From Minisyncoccota bacterium (GTDB lineage: Bacteria > Patescibacteriota > Minisyncoccia > JBAYJV01), in assembly GCA_041664925.1 (NCBI GenBank), contig JBAYJV010000001.1, positions 125,845-189,844 on the forward strand: 64,000 nt of DNA, read 5' to 3'. Positions 1 through 8,923 of the stretch are shown here, one piece after another. The first letter of the stretch is position 1, and each line of letters opens with the position of its first letter. Below the pieces are notes generated by a model, which ran no database searches, was not told the DNA's origin, and worked only from the letters and a program-made list of their open reading frames with translations. The position numbers and the translations under genes are program-made.

Positions 1-653
1 AAAACTACTCCCAACTCTTTTAGGTGACTTAAATTGTGATACTTTTTTTCAATAAATTTGCGCGCCATCTCTAGCCATCTTCTGTCAAGAATCATGAATT
101 TCGGTTCACGCATTTCAAAGTCATCAGGCTTAAGATTTGTATATTCCTTAAGAAAAGCTTCATTCATCCATTTACTATCTTCTAAAAATCTCAAATTAGC
201 ATATATCTCATAAATATTTTCCTTCGAAAGAAGATCGTCAACATTGCGATATTCACCCGTACTTAGCAGGTTTGGTGGAGGACATTTGCGGATCATTTTC
301 TTTGCCGATTCTTCTTTCAAGTAAAATCCCTGTTTTCTACCAGTAAGATCAAGGGCTTTTTCCATCATAGGACGAAAACTTTCCGGCTTGATAAAATTTG
401 GTTTCTTAAAATAATCTGAAAGTGTGCGATCGGCTCTTCTTAGGCGATTGATAAGGGCCCTAAAGATTTCTTCACTGTCTTCCGTTCTGACACCAAGTTT
501 TTTGATTGTAATATCAAGAATTTTTTGATTTGTTTCATGAATTTCTTGAAAAACATGCTTCTGTCCCGTCTTTTTTGCCATATGCTTATCAAGTTTTTCA
601 AGCACTTCTGGCTCAACGCGCAAAATTTTAGCAATATGAGTAATGGCCTCCAT
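1..653 (-). CDS. hypothetical protein, truncated by window start (about 217 N-terminal codons visible)
   Basis: Manual reverse-complement translation from the ATG at 653..651 reads MEAITHIAKILRVEPEVLEKL...RRWLEMARKFIEKKYHNLSHLKELGVV with no stop down to position 1. It is absent from the ORF track because no stop lies in the window. The listed 440..634 ORF is a different frame and probably spurious. Confidence 0.5.
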   Translation of the reverse strand, partial: MEAITHIAKILRVEPEVLEKLDKHMAKKTGQKHVFQEIHETNQKILDITIKKLGVRTEDSEEIFRALINRLRRADRTLSDYFKKPNFIKPESFRPMMEKALDLTGRKQGFYLKEESAKKMIRKCPPPNLLSTGEYRNVDDLLSKENIYEIYANLRFLEDSKWMNEAFLKEYTNLKPDDFEMREPKFMILDRRWLEMARKFIEKKYHNLSHLKELGVV

Positions 654-756
654 ATATTTAATAAAATTAATTGAAAACAAACAACAAGTGATTATTTTAA
701 AAAATAATCATCCCATCTCAAATTATATAATATATTGATTCTTTTTACAGTAATCC

Positions 757-1686
757 TTAGTTTTCTTTAATTATTTTGACGATAGAATCTTTGTCCATTC
801 CATATTTTTTCCAAAGATCTCTGTAATCTCCCGACTCGCCAAATTGATCATTAACCCCAAGACGTTTTAGTGGCACACTGATAGAATTCTCAGCTAAAAT
901 TTCCGCTATAGCTGATCCAAGCCCTCCAATTACCTGGTGATCTTCAAGAGTTAAAACTAATTTCGCCTCCTTGGCAAATCTGATAACAATTTCTTTTTCT
1001 ATTGGTTTGATTGTGTGAACATTCAAGATGGCAATCGATTTTTCTTTTATTTCCTCAGTAGCCATAATTGCCTCGCCAAGAATTGGCCCTGTTCCAAAAA
1101 TAACAATATCTTTCCCTTCTCGTAGAATGTTAATTTTCCCAACCATAAATTGAGAGTCTGAATTTGTCAGAACTAAGGTTTTTGGTCTAGCAATCCTTAT
1201 GTATACCGGTCCAATAATTTTACTCGCTTCAATGGTTGCTTTGTATGCTTCGAAAATATCGCAAGGAGAAATAACGGTCATATTTGGAAGAGTTCTTGTA
1301 AGCGCCAGATCTTCGAGAATTTGATGAGTTGCTCCATCTTCACCCGTAGAAAGCCCACCATGAGAACCAATAAGTTTTACGTTAACATTGTTATAACAAA
1401 CATCAATTCGAATCTGTTCCCACGCCCTTCCGATTAAAAATTCAGAAAAACTTGTCGCAAAAGGGATTTTTCCAGATAAGGCTAATCCGGCAGCAACACC
1501 AACCATGTTTTGTTCCGCAACACCACACTCAATAAATTGACCCGACATCATATTTCTCACGGTATCAACCTTAAGAGATGGCGCCAAATCGGCGCTTAGA
1601 ACAACGATATCCCTATTTGTTCTAGCCAATTCCAAGATAGCCTCCCCAAAGCCATCACGAATAGATTTGAATGATTGTTCTTCCAT
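757..1686 (-). CDS. transketolase, C-terminal (pyrimidine-binding) subunit
   Basis: 309 aa. It has a GEDGATHQ motif (compare the canonical GEDGPTHQ) and transketolase C-terminal-domain architecture. It sits immediately downstream of the N-terminal subunit gene. Confidence 0.85.
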   Translation of the reverse strand: MEEQSFKSIRDGFGEAILELARTNRDIVVLSADLAPSLKVDTVRNMMSGQFIECGVAEQNMVGVAAGLALSGKIPFATSFSEFLIGRAWEQIRIDVCYNNVNVKLIGSHGGLSTGEDGATHQILEDLALTRTLPNMTVISPCDIFEAYKATIEASKIIGPVYIRIARPKTLVLTNSDSQFMVGKINILREGKDIVIFGTGPILGEAIMATEEIKEKSIAILNVHTIKPIEKEIVIRFAKEAKLVLTLEDHQVIGGLGSAIAEILAENSISVPLKRLGVNDQFGESGDYRDLWKKYGMDKDSIVKIIKEN

Positions 1687-1700
1687 AGATATCTGTAATA

Positions 1701-2534
1701 TTATAAATCAACACCTAGTTCTCTGAGGGCTTGCTCAGCTTCCTCTTGATTGGGTGCTTTTCCGTGCCATTCCCATTTATTTTCCATAAAACTTACGCCT
1801 TTACCTGGAATCGTTTTGGCTAAAACCACTTTTGGTCCACTATCAAATTGTCTTGATCGCTCCAGTGCCGACAAAATTTCTTCTGGAACATGACCATCAA
1901 CCTCAATAACATTCCAGCCAAAATTTTGATATTTAGTCTTTAGAGATTCTATTGGCATAATTTGAGAAACATCACCGCTAAGCTGGATAGCATTTCGATC
2001 AACAATAACATTGAGATTTGATAATTTATATTTTGAGGCAAGCATTATCGCTTCCCAAGTTGATCCTTCCTGATGTTCTCCGTCTGAAGTTATACACCAA
2101 ACTTGATAATTTTTATTATTAAATCTTGCCGCCAAACTCATGCCACAAGCAACGGAAAGGCCATGCCCTAACGATCCGCTCGATGCTTCAATAATTGGCA
2201 GATTCTTTTTTGCCGGATGTCCTTGAAGAGGGCTTCCAAATTGCCTTAATTTTGCTAAGTCTTCAATCGGAAAATACCCTGATCGTGCTAATGTTGCATA
2301 AAGAATCGGACAAATATGACCGTTAGATAAAATAACTCGCTCCCGATCTTCCCAATTTGGATCTTTTAGATCATGGGACAAAACTTTAAAATAAAGAACT
2401 GCAAAAATATCAGCCATACCTAAAGAACCAGCCGGATGCCCGGAACCAGCCAAAGAAATCATTTTTATAACATCCTGCCTTAAAAGATTAGCAGTCTCTT
2501 TTATTTGATTGATTGAATAGTCAAATGGATTCAC
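1701..2534 (-). CDS. transketolase, N-terminal (thiamine-diphosphate-binding) subunit
   Basis: 277 aa with GHPAGSLGMADIF and SDGEHQEG (GDG-type TPP motif). The split two-gene transketolase arrangement is known from archaea and several reduced bacterial lineages. Confidence 0.85.
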   Translation of the reverse strand: MNPFDYSINQIKETANLLRQDVIKMISLAGSGHPAGSLGMADIFAVLYFKVLSHDLKDPNWEDRERVILSNGHICPILYATLARSGYFPIEDLAKLRQFGSPLQGHPAKKNLPIIEASSGSLGHGLSVACGMSLAARFNNKNYQVWCITSDGEHQEGSTWEAIMLASKYKLSNLNVIVDRNAIQLSGDVSQIMPIESLKTKYQNFGWNVIEVDGHVPEEILSALERSRQFDSGPKVVLAKTIPGKGVSFMENKWEWHGKAPNQEEAEQALRELGVDL

Positions 2535-2570
2535 TTTTAAATAAGATTAATTTTAAATAAACAATATCTA

Positions 2571-3224
2571 TTATATCATGATTTGTAATTTCTTAATTGC
2601 ATTTTCCAGCGATTTCTCCTTCCACAAAAAACTATTAACATAAACTCGATCAGCTCCAGCATTGGTTATTGCTTTAATGCTTTCGTCATTTACTCCGCCG
2701 TCCACGCTAATAATCAAATCTTTTTTTAAATTTTTAAGAAAATTGATTTTTGTTAAAACATCGGCTTGAAATGCTTGTCCTTTTTTTCCCGGATTAACGG
2801 AAAGCAACAAAACCTCATCAATCCTTGAAAGATAATCAATAATATGACTTGGATCGGTTTCTGGATTAATCGCTATTCCAACACCTATGTCGTGCGCCTT
2901 GATTCTCTTTATTAAATTATTTATAGCAAATCCTCTCGTCTTTTTTTTAATACTCAAGAATGATTCGTAATGAAAGATGATTTTTTTAAATCCCAATTCT
3001 TTTAATTGATCAATAATTGTCCACGGATTTTTCACCATAATGTGTGCCTCTAGATCAGTCTCTGTAGATATTTTCTTAAAACCATCTAAATCTCCTGATT
3101 TTTCTTTAACGAAAAAACCATCGCCAAAATCAATTTGGGCTTTTTTGAAATACGACTCAAGTTTTTTTATTTTCTTTTCAATTTTAGAAAAATTCTTTTC
3201 TAAAACTGCCGGAATAATTTCCAT
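2571..3224 (-). CDS. rpe: ribulose-phosphate 3-epimerase-like
   Basis: 217 aa with SVNPGKKGQ and DGGVN motifs typical of Rpe TIM barrels. It sits in an operon with tkt, rpiB and gap. Confidence 0.65.
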   Translation of the reverse strand: MEIIPAVLEKNFSKIEKKIKKLESYFKKAQIDFGDGFFVKEKSGDLDGFKKISTETDLEAHIMVKNPWTIIDQLKELGFKKIIFHYESFLSIKKKTRGFAINNLIKRIKAHDIGVGIAINPETDPSHIIDYLSRIDEVLLLSVNPGKKGQAFQADVLTKINFLKNLKKDLIISVDGGVNDESIKAITNAGADRVYVNSFLWKEKSLENAIKKLQIMI

Positions 3225-3268
3225 GTTATCTGTGTAAATCTGTTTATAAATCTGCGCAAATCTGTGGT

Positions 3269-4606
3269 TTATCTAATCCCCATTGAAGAAATTCCTGTTC
3301 CAAACAAGGTTGCCAATACTACAACCATTATAATTCCTAAAATCAATAAACTTACAATTGTCACGACAAAAACCCAAACCCCTTTTGCTACGCCATGTTT
3401 AATTCCAAAGTAAATCGAAGGACCGAAAACAAGCGCTAGGATGATAATTCCCTCCAATAGAACAAAGAGAAGAACCACAAGGGTGTTATATTGATAACTA
3501 ATATTGCTCTGAATAACCTGAATTAATAATGATCCTAGTATTCCCACTACAATAGTACTAAGGGCCGCACCAACACCACTCATAATTATTTTTAATGGCA
3601 AAAGATGGTTTTTGTTAGTTTTTGATATTTTCTCTGCTCTTTTTTTGGCTCGCTTGATTAAAAACCACACCAAGAAACTAACACTTGCTAAGAAGATTAA
3701 AATTCCCAAAATCCAACCAATAATTGCCCATTTATGAAGAGCGAAACGGCTCTCTGCGTATTTTCCTTCAACAGTAAAACTTTCCCAAGGATCAAGCCCT
3801 GAAGTTGTTTTTACATAACCTGAAGCATAAGTGATTTGATTAGAGAAAGTAGTTAGCGCTTGATTGGCTACACCTGCCGCTTCTGGAGCCATTGACTTGA
3901 AAGCGGTGTCATAAGTTGAACGATATTGGGTTTGCGCTTGACCGCCGTCTAGATAAAGTCCCTCCTGAACATCAACGGCTACCCGAACTTGATCTATGTC
4001 GTAAGAGGCCTTAATTGTTTCAAATTTAAAATTAAAAACACCAGCCGATTTCTTGGCATAATTGGGTACTTTATAATAGAGCAAAATCCCAGCTTGCCCT
4101 TGTTCATCAATTGGTTTTTTAAGTTCTATCGTGTACTTAACTGAATTTGAAAGTTCTTCTACTTGAGGCTCGAGAGTATAATAGAGCGGATCCCAGGTTT
4201 TTACCTGCCATCGCCAGTCGGAACATTTTTGTTCATATTTGAGACACCCACCGCTACTCATTTCTGTACAAACATTCGGTTCATATTGATAACAATACTG
4301 TTCTTTTTGATAAAACTCTTCTACGATTTTGATTAATCTAATATCAACTCCCGGGACTTCGACAACTGTTGAATTAATTTGATCTTGACCACTATTTTGT
4401 AAAAGAAGTTTTGCTGCCACAGTCGCTTCGCCCTCGCCATCAAAAACAACAGAATAATATTGGTTTTGACCAAAAATTGTACCATCAGTACTGGGCATAA
4501 TGTCTGGTACAGCCACACTATTAGTTACTTGCGCAGCGCCAACACTAGCGCCAAATCCAAAAATCGTAACCAAGCATATTGCCAAGAATAAAAATTTTTT
4601 TCTCAT
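3269..4606 (-). CDS. membrane protein of unknown function (signal peptide, ~300-aa extracytoplasmic domain, multi-pass C-terminal TM region)
   Basis: 445 aa. The N-terminus MRKKFLFLAICLVTIFGFGASVGAA is a signal peptide. The C-terminal 150 aa consists of hydrophobic helices. Confidence 0.5.
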   Translation of the reverse strand: MRKKFLFLAICLVTIFGFGASVGAAQVTNSVAVPDIMPSTDGTIFGQNQYYSVVFDGEGEATVAAKLLLQNSGQDQINSTVVEVPGVDIRLIKIVEEFYQKEQYCYQYEPNVCTEMSSGGCLKYEQKCSDWRWQVKTWDPLYYTLEPQVEELSNSVKYTIELKKPIDEQGQAGILLYYKVPNYAKKSAGVFNFKFETIKASYDIDQVRVAVDVQEGLYLDGGQAQTQYRSTYDTAFKSMAPEAAGVANQALTTFSNQITYASGYVKTTSGLDPWESFTVEGKYAESRFALHKWAIIGWILGILIFLASVSFLVWFLIKRAKKRAEKISKTNKNHLLPLKIIMSGVGAALSTIVVGILGSLLIQVIQSNISYQYNTLVVLLFVLLEGIIILALVFGPSIYFGIKHGVAKGVWVFVVTIVSLLILGIIMVVVLATLFGTGISSMGIR

Positions 4607-4807
4607 ATTTTTACAATTACATATTTTTTTCCCTCTTAATTTAGTACGATTGGTTTCTTAATTTGTAACGAGTCTTAAAGATAGTTAAAAATTTAAAATG
4701 ATGCATTCTTCCAATATTTTACACTTTACACTTTTCACTTTAAACTTTTATAACACTGCTCACAAAATAAGGTTATTCCAATAATTGATGGTCTTCAATT
4801 AATATTC

Positions 4808-5170
4808 TTAACATGTCAGGTGAAATCCTGCCATGATTCTTTTTCCTTTATTTTTTATGATTTCGTTAAAAATTTCTGTTGCTTCTTTTGTTTTTGCTTC
4901 TTGAAGTTCAATCTCATTATCCTCAAAAAACTTTTTAGTTTCTGGTAGAATTTTTAAGATCCCAGAATAGCCTGTGCCCATAATAAAAATATCTGGTTTA
5001 ATAATCGCGATATCAACTAGGTCTTCAGGAACAAGTTCATGGCCTTCAATGCGCCGCCATCCATCTTCTATTTCTCCTTCTGGATAAATTATTAAATCAC
5101 TTGTATATTTCTTGCCATCAATAATCATGTGGCCAAAGTTGTAATCTTCAATGTGCATATTATTGATCAA
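4808..5170 (-). CDS. Mth938-like domain protein (DUF498/AAMDC family)
   Basis: 120 aa ending ...GFHLTC, matching the conserved C-terminal G(V)FH(S)TC of Mth938/AAMDC family proteins. Size and IDGxxY...GTG pattern fit. Confidence 0.6.
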   Translation of the reverse strand: MINNMHIEDYNFGHMIIDGKKYTSDLIIYPEGEIEDGWRRIEGHELVPEDLVDIAIIKPDIFIMGTGYSGILKILPETKKFFEDNEIELQEAKTKEATEIFNEIIKNKGKRIMAGFHLTC

Positions 5171-5594
5171 TTTTATTGATTCTTCTTGTATATTTTTCCT
5201 CTCCAGAAAATTCTGTATGAAGCCAAATATCTATAATTTCTTCTGCTTTTTTATCCGTCACAAAATCTGCCCCCAATGATAAAATATTAGTATTATCATC
5301 TTTGCGTGATAATCTGGCTGCTTCAGGAATTGATACTAGCGCTGACCTAATCCCCTTGATGCGATTAGCTGCAATATCAACGCCAACCCCAGAACCGCAA
5401 ATAAGAATACCCTTGTCAGTTGTCGGATTTTCTGCTACTTTTTCTGCAACCGCTCTTGCAAAATCGGGAAAATCATCAAGCGCGTCATACTTTAAATTTC
5501 CCAGATCCTCATGATCCAAGCCCTGTTCATCAAGATAGTTTTTTATTTTTTCTTTTAGTTCAAATCCCCTGTGGTCAGATCCTAGATATATCAT
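5160..5594 (-). CDS. rpiB: ribose-5-phosphate isomerase B (RpiB/LacAB family)
   Basis: 144 aa with MIYLGSDHRGFELK and ILICGSGVG motifs. Confidence 0.8.
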   Translation of the reverse strand: MIYLGSDHRGFELKEKIKNYLDEQGLDHEDLGNLKYDALDDFPDFARAVAEKVAENPTTDKGILICGSGVGVDIAANRIKGIRSALVSIPEAARLSRKDDNTNILSLGADFVTDKKAEEIIDIWLHTEFSGEEKYTRRINKIDQ

Positions 5595-5679
5595 GCTAAT
5601 AAATACGAATTACGAATTATTATTTTGGAATTATAGAATTTATATTTTTTTGAAAATTAAAAATTGGATTATGCACAAA

Positions 5680-6717
5680 TCATGAATTGATCGTCATAAG
5701 GTGTCCGACGCGAATCACATGTTCAAGTAAGGAGACTGTGTATCCCCATTCATTGTCATACCAAATAAGCACTTTCACTAAGTCACCATCTACTATTTTC
5801 GTTGATTTTAAATCAACGATCGCTGGGTATGGATCTTTTATGATATCGGTTGAAACCAATTCTTCGTCGCTGGTTTTTACAATACCTTTCCAGCGCGGTT
5901 CCTTTTCGGCCTCTTTGAGAATATTATTAATTTCTTCAACACTAGTAATTTTTGACGCGACAAAAGTAACATCAGCGATTGATCCGCAAACCACCGGAAC
6001 CCTGATCGCCAGACCATCAAATTTTCCTTTAAGGGCAGGCAAGGCATCGCCCGTGGCAATTGCAGCGCCAGTAGAAGATGGACCCAAGTTGACTGCCGCC
6101 GCTCGTCCTCGTCTTAAATCTTTAGTATCGGGTCGATCAACAATGCCTTGAGTAGCGGTATAAGCATGGACTGTATTTAAAATTGCTTTCTTTATTCCTA
6201 GTTTTTCAGATAAAATTGCCACTACAGGAGCAATAGCATTGGTTGTGCAAGAAGCATTGGAGGTAATCGCAGATAAACCATCTTTGAAATCTTCGTCATT
6301 GACGCCAATTAAAACTTGCTGACCCCCACTACCCTTTGCTGGAGCAGTAATAATAACTCTTTTGGCGCCAGCTTTTAAATGAGCGCCTGCCTTTTCATAA
6401 TCAGTAAAAACGCCAGTTGATTCGATAACTACGTCTACTCCTAAATCTCCCCATGGTAATTTTTCAATTTCCTTTTCTGTTAAGCTTAATATTTTTTTAC
6501 CATCGACTTCTAAATAGTTCGATTGTCCCTCACTAATTGCCTTCACATTTTTTTCATAACGACCATAAACGCTGTCATATTTTAAAAGATAAGCGAGCGT
6601 TTCATCATCAGTTAAATCATTGATTGCGACAATCTCAATGTCCGGTTTCTCTAAAGCCAACTTAAGAAAACAACGACCGATACGACCAAAACCATTAATA
6701 GCAATTTTTATAGGCAT
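5680..6717 (-). CDS. gap: glyceraldehyde-3-phosphate dehydrogenase, type I
   Basis: INGFGRIGR NAD-binding motif and SNASCTTN active-site motif. The start was moved to the internal Met (MPIKIAINGFGRIGR), codon 9 of the listed ORF. Confidence 0.85.
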   Translation of the reverse strand: MPIKIAINGFGRIGRCFLKLALEKPDIEIVAINDLTDDETLAYLLKYDSVYGRYEKNVKAISEGQSNYLEVDGKKILSLTEKEIEKLPWGDLGVDVVIESTGVFTDYEKAGAHLKAGAKRVIITAPAKGSGGQQVLIGVNDEDFKDGLSAITSNASCTTNAIAPVVAILSEKLGIKKAILNTVHAYTATQGIVDRPDTKDLRRGRAAAVNLGPSSTGAAIATGDALPALKGKFDGLAIRVPVVCGSIADVTFVASKITSVEEINNILKEAEKEPRWKGIVKTSDEELVSTDIIKDPYPAIVDLKSTKIVDGDLVKVLIWYDNEWGYTVSLLEHVIRVGHLMTINS

Positions 6718-6871
6718 AATACTAATAATCACAAATAACAAAAACCATAGCGTTTCCGTCTAAATAGATTATACACTAAAAAATAGATACTTTTAAGTGG
6801 ATAAAAAAACGGCCAAAAAATAAGTTATTTTTAAGCAATATTTTGAATTGAAGCAAAATTTGCTAAAATAC

Positions 6872-6899
6872 TTGACAAACTTTCTGTATCTGCTATAAT
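6872..6899 (+). promoter_or_regulatory. consensus sigma70 promoter (TTGACA, 16-nt spacer, TGcTATAAT) driving small RNA 1
   Basis: Sequence ACTTGACAAACTTTCTGTATCTGCTATAATG. It is near-identical over 31 nt to the promoter at 8890..8917. Confidence 0.7.
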
Positions 6900-6905
6900 G
6901 ATTAT

Positions 6906-7027
6906 GTTGGTGAGATTGCATAAGAAATGTAATGAACAACCAGCCTTGGGTCGAGGTCACCCTTGGAAAAAGGGGATGCGCTCACCAACACCAGAGTCCG
7001 ACTTTTGAAGAAGGACTCTTTTTTTAA
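6906..7027 (+). ncRNA. candidate small structured RNA (~120 nt), family unassigned (a 4.5S/SRP-like hairpin is one possibility)
   Basis: It starts about 7 nt after the -10 box. A 9-bp closing stem (GTTGGTGAG with CTCACCAAC) encloses a GC-rich hairpin with a GGAA-containing apical loop. It ends in an intrinsic terminator (AGAGTCC, 13-nt loop, GGACTCT, T7) at 6993..7026. There is no ORF. Confidence 0.45.
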
Positions 7028-7135
7028 TATTATTATTAAAATATAATAAAAGCCCAAACCCTAGCATATCATCAGATATTCATTGACAAAACATTATAAT
7101 TCGAATAAGATTTGATTAGTTTTCAAGGAGGAACA

Positions 7136-7426
7136 ATGAATCGACTACGCAAGTTCTTTAAGAAATTTTCTCAGCCTGGTAGAAAAATGAGTTTTACGAT
7201 TACTTTTTCAGAAAAAAGTTTTGCCAGACTAAAAGTTCTTTTGAATTTGAGCGAGTTGAAAGATGTATCAGAACTTCTTCTTCGTGCCTTAGGTTGGTAC
7301 GATATGGCCGTTGAATGTCTTTCGAACGGTGGAACGATAACTTTAGAAAATACCGATGGATCCGAAGAAACAATGCGCAATTACCAAGACGTGATTGAGT
7401 GGCTCAATCGCAATGGTATAAAGTAA
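7136..7426 (+). CDS. ribbon-helix-helix (RHH/CopG-Arc-like) small DNA-binding protein, hypothetical
   Basis: 96 aa. AAGGAGG RBS lies 6 nt upstream, so the start was moved from the listed 7112. SFTITFSEKSFARLKVLLNLSELKDVSELLLRAL fits a beta-strand plus two helices, as in an RHH fold. An upstream TTGACA, 17-nt spacer and TAAGAT form a promoter-like site at about 7085..7113. Confidence 0.45.
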   Translation: MNRLRKFFKKFSQPGRKMSFTITFSEKSFARLKVLLNLSELKDVSELLLRALGWYDMAVECLSNGGTITLENTDGSEETMRNYQDVIEWLNRNGIK

Positions 7427-7457
7427 AAAAACGACCCTTAACGGGTCGTCTTTTTTT
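7427..7457. terminator. bidirectional intrinsic terminator
   Basis: AAAAAACGACCC, loop TTAAC, GGGTCGTCTTTTTTT. It lies between convergent genes 7136..7426(+) and 7464..7658(-). Confidence 0.7.
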
Positions 7458-7463
7458 ATATTG

Positions 7464-7658
7464 TTATTTCTTGAAATCGTCTTTGAGTTTTTCTTTGAGA
7501 TAAACGCACAATCCTTCGCAATCAAGAATCTGCGGACAAATACCGCAGCATCTCGGTAAAACGCATTTGCGATGATTTTGCGACCTGTCTTTGCACATCT
7601 TCCATAATTGTTTTTCGCATTTTTCTGATAACGCAAAATAATCTTTTACTTTTGCCAT
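7464..7658 (-). CDS. cysteine-rich small protein (8 Cys, CxxxC...CC.IC....C...C), putative metal-binding
   Basis: 64 aa, MAKVKDYFALSEKCEKQLWKMCKDRSQNHRKCVLPRCCGICPQILDCEGLCVY. It has no recognisable family. Confidence 0.4.
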   Translation of the reverse strand: MAKVKDYFALSEKCEKQLWKMCKDRSQNHRKCVLPRCCGICPQILDCEGLCVYLKEKLKDDFKK

Positions 7659-7993
7659 AGCTTTTTTAACTGAGCCAAATTTTTTACAGAAAAAACCGAC
7701 TTACCATTCTCGTAAAATTTCCATTCTTTGTCTTCTAAAATAAACTTAAAAAAAGATTTGCCATCTTCCCTAAAATTCTGATCCGTTCTTTTGCCTTCAA
7801 AATATTCGATAGAATATTCATCACCGCTGCTTTCATAAGTTTGTTCTCCGTAATTTTTCAGAATTTCAATCGCTTCTTTTTTGAATTCATCAAAATTGAC
7901 TTCTGTACCAACTGGAGAAATCGAATCATATCTTGATAATCCGCAACAGCCAATTCTTAAATTTTTAAACTCAACTCGTCTTAAAATAAACAT
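7646..7993 (-). CDS. hypothetical protein
   Basis: 115 aa. It overlaps the downstream Cys-rich ORF by 13 nt, so they are probably co-transcribed. Confidence 0.4.
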   Translation of the reverse strand: MFILRRVEFKNLRIGCCGLSRYDSISPVGTEVNFDEFKKEAIEILKNYGEQTYESSGDEYSIEYFEGKRTDQNFREDGKSFFKFILEDKEWKFYENGKSVFSVKNLAQLKKLWQK

Positions 7994-8008
7994 GGTTAAT
8001 TAAAATCA

Positions 8009-8380
8009 TTATACTTTTATTCTTTCTACTTCTATTGCTACTACACCGAACTTTTTTTGCTGTTCATCGGTATAGAATTGTTTGTATTTTTCAAGACCCT
8101 GCTCAATTGTTTCAACATCGGGCAATATTTTTTTAATCGGTTCTTTTTCGAGCATTTCTTTTATAGAAATATATGCTTGCACTCTTTTTACGAACACTTC
8201 TACTGATTCTGTTTCTTGATTATTATAAACGATTATACGATCTCCTGGTTTTATAAATTGATATTTTCCTTTCCTAATTCGCCCTTCAATTGTTTTTTGA
8301 CCATTCTTAACAAATGTAAAATATGGTTCAGTTCGATGATTGTGATAGGTGGTAAAATTAGTTTCAGATATCTTTTTCAT
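8009..8380 (-). CDS. ASCH-domain (PUA-like) protein, YqfB-like
   Basis: 123 aa with ...KNGQKTIEGRIRKGKY..KPGDRI... matching the ASCH core (GxKTxExR ... GD). Its size matches E. coli YqfB, an ac4C amidohydrolase. Confidence 0.55.
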   Translation of the reverse strand: MKKISETNFTTYHNHRTEPYFTFVKNGQKTIEGRIRKGKYQFIKPGDRIIVYNNQETESVEVFVKRVQAYISIKEMLEKEPIKKILPDVETIEQGLEKYKQFYTDEQQKKFGVVAIEVERIKV

Positions 8381-8387
8381 ATTACTA

Positions 8388-8819
8388 TTATTTTTTTATT
8401 CTCGAAATATCATCTATTGTAATCCATGCCGACATTGCACCAAGTCCCGTTTTGTCAATTTCGAATGGCTTAATTTCTTGTGAATTCTTTAAGAATATAA
8501 GCATGCAATATTTTTTGTTTTTGAATCTTTCAAAAAATTCGGGAATTTTTTCTTTTTCTATACCATCTTCTTTGCCATATTCGTCTAATATTTCTTTTAC
8601 TTTTTTAGGGGTCAAATCGGAAAATTGAACGACATCGCTAACTTCCGCTTTTATATTTACTGGTTCTCCCGAATCTTTAAAATAAATCGTTTCTCTTTTT
8701 TTGATATTATTCCAAGGTTTATATTTTACCGAATACCAGCGCGATTCAATCTTTTTCTGACCGCTCAGAATTTTATCTGTAAGACCCCAAGATTTTCTCA
8801 TTATTGCTACATGTTCCAT
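8388..8819 (-). CDS. ASCH-domain (PUA-like) protein
   Basis: 143 aa with WGLTDKILSGQKKIESRW matching the ASCH N-terminal beta-hairpin motif. It is in tandem with the previous ASCH gene. Confidence 0.5.
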   Translation of the reverse strand: MEHVAIMRKSWGLTDKILSGQKKIESRWYSVKYKPWNNIKKRETIYFKDSGEPVNIKAEVSDVVQFSDLTPKKVKEILDEYGKEDGIEKEKIPEFFERFKNKKYCMLIFLKNSQEIKPFEIDKTGLGAMSAWITIDDISRIKK

Positions 8820-8889
8820 ATTTCTGACTTTACATAAACTCTTTAACCTTTAATTTTTATCTAAATTTACACATTTTTACCAAAAACAC

Positions 8890-8917
8890 TTGACAAACTT
8901 TATGTATATGCTATAAT
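8890..8917 (+). promoter_or_regulatory. consensus sigma70 promoter (TTGACA, 16-nt spacer, TGcTATAAT) driving small RNA 2
   Basis: Sequence ACTTGACAAACTTTATGTATATGCTATAATG. It differs at 2 of 31 positions from the promoter at 6872..6899. Confidence 0.7.
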
Positions 8918-8923
8918 GGTAGT

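Noticed and set aside
440-634. Listed 64-aa ORF on the minus strand
   Set aside because: A different frame on the same strand gives an uninterrupted reading frame from 653 to the window start with protein-like composition. The 64-aa ORF is most likely a shadow frame.
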